From assembly GCA_016618385.1 (NCBI GenBank), contig JABFOP010000225.1, forward strand, positions 1-15,734: a stretch of 15,734 nt of DNA, in the 5' to 3' direction. The DNA comes from Nymphon striatum. Lineage: Eukaryota. How positions within the stretch are numbered: the first letter of the stretch is position 1; the number at the start of each line of letters is the position of its first letter. The notes beneath the pieces were generated by a model. It saw only the letters and a list, made by a program, of their open reading frames with translations. It ran no database searches and had not been told where the DNA came from. This document shows, piece by piece, positions 10,093 through 15,734 of this stretch. Position numbers and translations under genes: made by a program.

Positions 10093-11055
10093 TTATCGCA
10101 CAACCTTGACTTTATTGCATGCATACGGAGTTCTTATATTTCCTGTATAAGGACACGTCCCTATATTGGTGTTGATTACAGACACAGGGAGTCTGAGATT
10201 GTGAATGTTGCTTACCACAAATTTATTTTTCCTCTGTTTTTTTTTTTCCTTTCAAACACGTCGCTTCTGTATTCAGACATGAGTCATTTTTGTTTTTATC
10301 GTAACTTATCTCTCAATATATCACTCTTTCTGTTTCTCTTCTTTTCTCTATTTCATACTTTCTAACCGAGTTCTCGGAATTCATTGAAGTGTTGAAACTT
10401 TTCCCCCTCTCAACAATTTATTTTCTTTGTTTTAGCTTGACTGGCACAAAACGAATCAATTTTAAAATCTATTTTAATTAATAAATTCATTTTCAAAGCT
10501 ACCTGCCGGTTGTGCGATAAACAGAATATTTATCGCGCAACCTTGACTTTATTGCATGCATTTGGAGTTCGTATATTTCTTGTATAAGGACACGTCCCTA
10601 TATTGGTGTCGATTACAGACAGGGGAAGTCTGAGATGTTGAATGTTTATTTCTGTAAAAATGAGCTATTTTTTTTTCTACCATAAAATATTTTTCATAAC
10701 TTTCTATAATGTATAATCAAGCTATATATTTTAAAAAAAATAAAGTTATTATCTGTAAAAATGAGCTATTTTTCGTGTACTATGAATTTATTTAACAGCT
10801 GTTTTAGACCAAATTCTTTATTTCGTAACGTATTCTCTCCCAACACTCATCTTGAATTTCTTTTACATCGAGCTTCCAAACTTCACTGTCTCAAATTACA
10901 TCAAAATGTTGAAACTTTTCTTCTTTCCCTCTCAACAATTTATTAATTTTTTTTTAGCTTGACTGGCACAAAATGAATCAATTTTAAAATCTATTTTAAT
11001 TAATAAATTCATTTTCGAAGCTATCTGTCGGTTGTGCGATAAACAGAATATTAAA
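10093..11055 (+). repeat. Two-copy tandem segmental duplication, unit 1 about 10093-10520 and unit 2 about 10523-11055. Each unit is a 120-bp block ('cgcRcaaccttgactttattgcatgcat...gtctgagat') followed by a divergent spacer, then a 'gttgaaacttttc...ctctcaacaattta...agcttgactggcacaaaa' block, then the MITE left TIR.
   Basis: Seen in sequence: 10093-10213 and 10523-10640 are about 90% identical. 10380-10517 and 10905-11050 are about 90% identical. The junction 'ggttgtgcgataaa cagaata tttatcgcgcaacc' (10505-10540) is itself a 14-bp-stem palindrome. Confidence 0.65.
10440..10520 (+). mobile_element. Solo left TIR of the MITE-like family, truncated at the duplication junction
   Basis: Seen in sequence: 'gaatcaattttaaaatctattttaattaataaattcattttcaaagctacctgccggttgtgcgataaacagaata' is nearly identical to 10965-11052. 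Confidence 0.55.
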
Positions 11056-11210
11056 TTTGTGCCCGTTGCTCATTCTATATCCTCTATGTGCGTTTTTTTT
11101 TCATGTAAGATATTTTACAGTGGCTCATTGGATATTATGACTTAACTGTGAAGAATTTCGTATTCTGTTTATCACATAACCGACAGATAGCTTAGCAACT
11201 TAATTCAATT
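10965..11210 (+). mobile_element. The most complete MITE-like copy (about 245 bp). It has a left TIR, the internal 'tgcccgttgctcattctatatcctctatg' module, and a right TIR.
   Basis: Seen in sequence: left 'gaatcaattttaaaatctattttaattaataaattcattttcgaagctatctgtcggttgtgcgataaacagaata'. Right (11157-11210) 'gaatttcgtattctgtttatcacataaccgacagatagcttagcaacttaattcaatttgatac'. The reverse complement of the inner 33 bp matches the left TIR with about 2 mismatches. No coding capacity. TSD not resolved. Confidence 0.55.
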
Positions 11211-11777
11211 TGATACATGCAATGTAAGGTACCGGAGCGGAGAAAAAAGTATTTTACCATTTAGAAGTTGAATGAAGCCCCTGGGCAAAGCAGTTAATTA
11301 CTCTATTAGTTTAATTCTCTCTTTTTTTTTTCTTTCAGCCCTCTCCCATGTTGTTGTTTTGATAATGATAACTCTTGGAGGAGGAGAGAGAGGGGCCCTT
11401 CTACTTACACAATATTGTTAGGGTAAACAATTAATCTTCCCCTCTCAACTGAAAAAGAGAATTTAGCCTGAGTAGGAAAAATTCAAAGTAAACAAAAACA
11501 GCAGATTATTATGGAACGTGTCTCCATATTATATGTACGACATGCCCATAAGCACTGAATAAAGCCCAAGTACTGTGACAAATATATATGTATATATGTA
11601 TAAATATGTTGTTGTATCTCCAAGTTCCAATACGGGAGCTTCTTACAGATAATATCTATTGGAATTGCTAAGGAAAGGGGTTTGAGTTGAGGAAAGCAAC
11701 TTTCTTTTTGAAAGATTTTCTGTTCCAACTACATTTTTCCCAAGGTCCTCCACATCCGCAGTTCATACACCTTGGGT

Positions 11778-11860
11778 GGGAAGAGTAGTGAGGGTTTAAT
11801 TCGAACTCAAAACTCCAAGGTTGATGAGCGGGGAGCGAACACTCTAACCATCTGACTTCC
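11778..11860 (-). other. Degenerate tRNA-like segment with Pol III box-like motifs. It may be a tRNA pseudogene or the head of an unrelated SINE.
   Basis: Seen in sequence: the reverse complement 'ggaagtcagatggttagagtgttcgctccccgctcatcaaccttggagttttgagttcgaattaaaccctcactactcttccc' has an A-box-like 'tggttagagtg', a B-box-like 'agttcgaatt', and partial (5-bp) acceptor complementarity GGAAG/CTTCC. No convincing cloverleaf could be folded by hand. Confidence 0.2.
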
Positions 11861-12249
11861 TTATCGAGACATACATAATTTTTTTTTTTATAATGTAAAA
11901 ACCAATTTTTAATCAACCATCCAAACCAAGACCATTCAAATTTAACTTACATGACTCAAACTATTTTAAATATCAAACATTCAGTGTTTTTTGCCTTTCA
12001 TTTGAAAGAGTTGGTCTTTGTTTATAGTTAAATAAGCACATTCATATATGTGGTACGTGCCTGAAAAATTGTGCATTAAAAAATTTCATTCATCAAAGAC
12101 AAAATCACAAATATATTGCATTAAATTCGCATGGGTTTATGGCAAGCTGGAGGTCATATCAATGCGTCCGAATGCTGTGCTTCTCTGTTAGATTACAAGC
12201 CATGGTGGGAGAATCCTCTTTCTCACACCGCAGTCAAGAATTGGCACAA

Positions 12250-12512
12250 CTCACAGGTGCTACACAACACTGAGACCTTACACCCTAATGTTGTTCGAAT
12301 AGTGAAATGTGTTCTTTAACATGCAGAGGGTGTAACACTCCTCTACATGAGACCTCTGTTAATGTCCTATCCGAGGGACGGAGTATTTTCTCTCTAAAAC
12401 CAGCCTGCATTCAGTATCAGAGAGGAGAGCACAAGAATACACAACATAAAGGATGAAAGAGTGGAGGTGAACCTGGTCATTCAAGCTCAGAACAGATACC
12501 TTAACCATTCAG
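12250..12512 (-). mobile_element. tRNA-derived SINE, copy 2. The body is intact and the tRNA head is degenerate, with a deletion across the B-box.
   Basis: Seen in sequence: 'ttgttcgaatagtgaaatgtgttctttaacatgcagagggtg...cctatccgagggacggagtattttctctctaaaaccagcctgcattcagtatcagagaggagagcacaagaatacacaac' is collinear with 6421-6590 and 14360-14510. The head reads 'gagtggaggtgaacctggtcattc...' and lacks GGTTCGAA. Confidence 0.6.
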
Positions 12513-12965
12513 CCTGCTTTATTCATTCAACACTGAATTAAAGCCCCTTTTGGATTACTCTATTTTGAAATTAAGAAATGTTTACCTCACAAGGGGAGAC
12601 ATCTTCCTTTTTAATGACTATTTCGAAAGGAAATACTAAAGAAGATTTGTTAACTTTAATTAACTGTAAATATATTTTTCTATTAATTTACTTAATCAAT
12701 TTATTATAACCTTGCAATACATTACTTTAAAATTGCTTTTCTACTTTTTCCCTACGTTCTCTAATATAATTGGCGGCTATTAATCTACTTAGTAACAGAT
12801 TTTTACCTATAAATAAATTTCAGCAGTGACTTATACAATAACCTGACTGTGCGCGAAGTAAACACGGACCAACCTAGTAATGTATAATAATATAAATGGG
12901 TTGTTATACAATATTGTCTTTACATTTACAAAGTTTATGACAAGTATATTTTTTTATAATCTTAT

Positions 12966-13832
12966 TTATTTATTTTGCTCAGACATTTCTCTAGCACGCA
13001 GTACAGCAGCTTCAAAGGCATCCATCATGGCTGATTTTAGTCCTCCTCTTGTAAGAGCATGGAATCCATGAATTGTTGTTCCTCCGGGAGAAAATATGCA
13101 ATCTGCTAATTCTGCAGGGTGCTTCCCACTTTCTTGAATCACTTTAGAAGCACCTAGTGCTACTTGAGGAGTGAGTTTAGAAGCAATGTGTACAGGCAGT
13201 CCCATTTTCACGGCACCATATGTTAATCCTTGAATACATTCATACATAAAAGCAGTTCCACTCCCTAAGGCTGCCATCAACTCAATTTGAGAATCGGTCA
13301 TTTCTTCACAAATAGCAATACCTTCAAATAACCCAAACAACAGATTTTTGTAATTAGTATTAGTTGTAGAAGATAAACAAATGCCACATATGCCTGCACC
13401 CACCTCTATTGGCACAGTTGGCATGAGGCGGACAAAATTCAATTTCAAATTGGCCTTTCCTAGCCAATTTACATGAGAGTCCATTGAAACACCAGCAGCA
13501 ACACTAACTATTACCTTATCAGAAGTATTTCGAATATTCAACTTTGACAACACATCTTTCATCAAGTATGGCTTAACTGCTAAGAAGACAACATCGCTGT
13601 TGTCAAAAACTACTTGATTATCATGAATAAAATTAACACCAAGTTGGTCGTAAACATCGCGATTACGGTCCGTCGGAGCACTTACAGTTAACCGGTCTTT
13701 ACTGACCTGCTTTTTCAGAAGAATCCCTTTAATTAAAGATCTTGCCATGTTTCCTGCTCCAATAAAACCAATATTCATGTCATTTTGAATAAAGTTGGCG
13801 ATTGACTCTTTGTCTTTGATGATGTTTTCCAT
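12966..13832 (-). CDS. PYCR3: Pyrroline-5-carboxylate reductase, PYCR3/PYCRL-like, 288 aa. It is a single exon and the coordinates include the TAA stop.
   Basis: Seen in sequence: an uninterrupted ORF that begins 'MENIIKDKESIANFIQNDMNIGFIGAGNMARS...'. Motifs: the NAD(P)-binding GFIGAGNMA; 'SAPTDRN'; 'VVFLAVKP'; 'VSVAAGVS'; 'GAVKMGLP'; and the C-terminal 'SPGGTTIHGFHALTRGGLKSAMMDAFEAAVLRAREMS'. Established knowledge: these match the P5C reductase family, and 'SAPTDRN' plus the C-terminal block are closest to the animal PYCR3 pattern. The ATG at 13830-13832 has a Kozak-like context 'cagaATGg' and an in-frame TAA 8 codons upstream. The ORF-track start at 13856 is a GTG. AATAAA is formed by the final N-K codons and overlaps the stop codon. 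Confidence 0.85.
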   Translation of the reverse strand: MENIIKDKESIANFIQNDMNIGFIGAGNMARSLIKGILLKKQVSKDRLTVSAPTDRNRDVYDQLGVNFIHDNQVVFDNSDVVFLAVKPYLMKDVLSKLNIRNTSDKVIVSVAAGVSMDSHVNWLGKANLKLNFVRLMPTVPIEVGAGICGICLSSTTNTNYKNLLFGLFEGIAICEEMTDSQIELMAALGSGTAFMYECIQGLTYGAVKMGLPVHIASKLTPQVALGASKVIQESGKHPAELADCIFSPGGTTIHGFHALTRGGLKSAMMDAFEAAVLRAREMSEQNK

Positions 13833-13887
13833 TCTGACGATTGGGTAAATGAACACTTAGCTGCCACAGAATCACCAATACATATTA

Positions 13888-14134
13888 CAGGGTGTTTCAA
13901 AATAAACAGTGCACTTAATAATGCTGTAAAAAGAAACTTTTTACGACTAAGTTATTAAAATAGAACAATTAATTTGGTTTATATAGAGCGCAGTGGCTGA
14001 GTGGTTATAATAAATGGTTAAAATAACATCTTTATTCTGGGCGTGAATAATCCAGGTTCGAATCTCATTCGAACCCTACACTCTTTCACCCTTAACGTTG
14101 TATATTCTCGTGCTCGTTTCTCTGATATTAGATG
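13888..14134 (+). repeat. Plus arm of a large inverted duplication. It is a non-SINE leader of about 95 bp plus the SINE tRNA head (SINE 5' fragment, copy 4, 13986-14134).
   Basis: Seen in sequence: 'cagggtgtttcaaaataaacagtgcacttaataatg...aatttggtttatatagagcgcagtggctgagtggtt...ccaggttcgaatctcattcgaaccctacactctttcacccttaacgttgtatattctcgtgctcgtttctctgatattagatg'. Its reverse-complement counterpart is at 14471-14682. Confidence 0.8.
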
Positions 14135-14332
14135 TGAATTACATGTATTTAGTCCTTCCTATCTATAGTCTTCGTTTTTCTTTTCACCGTGACAGGTGTC
14201 AACTTTAAGTCAGAAATTTTTGCACTATTCCATTGACCACTCTGGAATAAGTAGTGGGCTCATGGCCTATTATCAAAGGTCAACAGAGTTCGAATAAGTC
14301 CTCTGCTAAGACTCAGACGGCTTTAATGAGTT

Positions 14333-14607
14333 ATGCAGGTGCTTTACGTCACAAGGACCTTCTACAATAGTGAAATGTGTTCTTTAACGTGCAGATAGTG
14401 TGACTCTTCCTACACAGGGCCTCCATGTCCTATCCGAAGGACCGCATATTTTCCCTCTAAAACCAGCATGCATCTAATATCAGAAAGGAGAGCACGAGAA
14501 TACACAAAGTTAAGGGCGAAAGAGTGTAGGGTTCGAGTCAGATTCGAACATGGGTCATTCAAATCCAGAATAAAGATCGTATAACCAACCACTCAGCCAC
14601 CACGCTC
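14333..14607 (-). mobile_element. tRNA-derived SINE, copy 3, near full length. Its head is the minus arm of the inverted duplication.
   Basis: Seen in sequence: the reverse complement of 14520-14607 is 'gagcgtggtggctgagtggttggttatacgatctttattctggatttgaatgacccatgttcgaatctgactcgaaccctacactc' (A- and B-boxes). The body 14360-14515 is collinear with copies 1 and 2. Confidence 0.7.
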
Positions 14608-14682
14608 TATATAAACCAAATTATTTGTTCATTTTTTTTTAAACATCATTATTAAGTGCACTGTTTATTTTGAAACACCCTG
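14471..14682 (-). repeat. Minus arm of the inverted duplication (partner of 13888-14134). The spacer between the arms is 14135-14470.
   Basis: Seen in sequence: the reverse complement of 14586-14682 is 'cagggtgtttcaaaataaacagtgcacttaataatgatgtttaaaaaaaaatgaacaaataatttggtttatatagagcg', matching 13888-13990 apart from one indel of about 35 bp. The similarity continues through the SINE head to 'gatattagatg'. Confidence 0.8.
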
Positions 14683-15091
14683 TAGCCCTACATTTAAAAA
14701 TGGGTCTGGCCATACCTTTTAACATATTATATCATGGACAAGACAAGAATATAACATAAAGGCAAAGTAGTCTTTTGATAATTGGTGTAGAAAATATTGG
14801 AAGATTCAAAGAAATAGTCAAATTTATTTCTTCAATTTATCAGAAATTTATTTGTAACATTAGTTTAATTTACACATTTTGAATTAATTAATTTTTCTGT
14901 ATTAAAATAAATTAATAATAAAAGAAGTAGAAAAGAAATAGGCTGCCTTATGACAGATGGCACTTTTCTACTACAAAAAACTTACTTCAGTTTTGGAATG
15001 ATGGCACATTTCACCTGCAATATGCCATACCTAGGAATTATCTGGTATCAGGAAATGTGTCTAGAAACAGTGAAAATGAAGCTCACTATCG

Positions 15092-15109
15092 GTAAAAAAA
15101 AAAAAAAAA
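15092..15109. repeat. Poly(A) homopolymer of about 18 nt
   Basis: Seen in sequence: 'ggtaaaaaaaaaaaaaaaaaagag'. Confidence 0.9.
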
Positions 15110-15653
15110 AAGAGAATACAGCAACTTTTCAAGTACTGGTACTATATTACTATGGCCTTAGTGAATTAAGGATTGCAGTAATATAATACACATTGACATC
15201 ATAATTTTTCTTAAAAATGCTTTGAAAAATTTGAATATAAATTTATATAACAAAATTATAAAATCAACATTCACTTTTGATGATAAATATGATTGATATT
15301 AATGACTAGTGATCAATTTTACTGGGTAAAATATAAAAAAAATATGATAAAATAAAATAAAAAGTAATAATAAATATTAAATCATTACAGATTCAAAAAT
15401 TGAAGCCAGTAAGGAATCCACTGCCTTCACGGACCAATGCACCTCATTTTTGTGAGGAAGGGCAAATACTGGAATAAAAGTAATCAGTTCTGATCAATCT
15501 AACTATTATTCTCCATTGTCAAGAAGAAAAAGCACACCATGGAACATTGGGGAAGACAGTGTCAACAACTGGCAAGAGTGTAGGAGACTTATATCATGTT
15601 AAACCCCATAAGTGGAAATACAGACTTTAATTGAAGATGATGGCAAACTATTT

Positions 15654-15717
15654 CAAACTAGAATTTGAAATTTCAATTACAAATTATAAATATTGAAATT
15701 TCAAATTCTGGTTTGAA
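15654..15717. repeat. Hairpin-forming inverted repeat. Stems are 24 bp with 1 mismatch and the loop is 14 nt. It sits at the window edge.
   Basis: Seen in sequence: 'caaactagaatttgaaatttcaat tacaaattataaat attgaaatttcaaattctggtttg'. Confidence 0.8.
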
Positions 15718-15734
15718 AAATGTGGCTATCATCT

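Noticed and set aside
10078-10365. 95-aa ORF and neighbouring ORFs 10761-10946 and 4400-4965
   Set aside because: They lie entirely within the MITE and tandem-duplication repeats and in poly-F/L low-complexity stretches ('FPLFFFFLSNTSLL', 'SLFLFLFFSLF'). No homology is recognised.
10093-10640. Direct repeats of about 120 bp spaced about 430 bp apart, briefly considered as a CRISPR-like array
   Set aside because: There are only two copies and they are 120 bp long. They are embedded in a larger duplicated unit that includes a transposon TIR. The genome context is eukaryotic. This is not a CRISPR array.
11483-11916. Overlapping minus-strand ORFs of 81 and 82 aa
   Set aside because: They overlap a tRNA-like pseudo-element and an (at/ta)-rich simple sequence ('atatatgtatatatgtataaatatg'). 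The codon content is implausible for coding.
13833-13856. N-terminal extension 'MFIYPIVR' of the P5CR ORF as given in the ORF track
   Set aside because: The codon at 13854-13856 is GTG, not ATG, and a TAA lies immediately upstream. The first ATG (13830-13832) has a good Kozak context. That ATG is taken as the start. The Met at 13776-13778 (MNIGFIGAG) remains an alternative.
14950-15186. 78-aa ORF containing a KKKKKK run
   Set aside because: The lysine run is just the A18 homopolymer translated. The rest has no recognisable features.
1-15734. Prokaryotic interpretation (operons, defence systems, RBS and sigma-70 promoters)
   Set aside because: There is one ORF over 140 aa in 15.7 kb. SINEs with Pol III boxes and MITEs are abundant. 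The single gene has a Kozak context, an AATAAA, and animal-type PYCR3 motifs. All of this indicates a eukaryotic nuclear segment. No bacterial system is supportable.

Overview
This window reads as AT-rich eukaryotic (animal-type) nuclear DNA, not a prokaryotic locus. It is dominated by interspersed repeats and has a single convincing protein-coding gene. There are no operon-like ORF arrays, no CRISPR, no rRNA and no clean tRNA. The gene is an intronless, full-length pyrroline-5-carboxylate reductase of the PYCR3/PYCRL type on the minus strand at 12966..13832. It has a Kozak-like start, an in-frame stop just upstream of the start, and an AATAAA overlapping the stop codon. The rest of the window is a mosaic of nonautonomous mobile elements and structured repeats: (1) A tRNA-derived SINE family with Pol III A- and B-boxes has three near-full copies on the minus strand (approx. 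6385-6680, 12250-12512, 14333-14607) and one 5' fragment on the plus strand (13986-14134). (2) A large inverted segmental duplication (arms 13888-14134 and 14471-14682, spacer about 336 bp) includes non-SINE leader sequence and abuts the P5CR start. (3) A 430-bp near-perfect palindrome (foldback) lies at 1741-2170. (4) A MITE-like family with ~75-bp AT-rich TIRs ending in '...gttgtgcgataaacagaata' occurs in at least five whole or partial copies (3470-3598, 4398-4600, 9362-9418, 10440-10520, 10965-11210). (5) A 767-bp nonautonomous TIR element at 7619-8385 has 39-bp terminal inverted repeats. (6) A two-copy tandem segmental duplication at 10093-11055 is built around the MITE left end. (7) A G-run-rich degenerate tandem repeat block lies at 5445-6110. 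(8) Further features include an uncharacterised dispersed repeat (585-672 inverted at 8800-8912), microsatellites, and a 24-bp-stem hairpin at the window edge (15654-15717). All other ORFs in the six-frame track fall inside repeats or low-complexity DNA and are judged non-coding.
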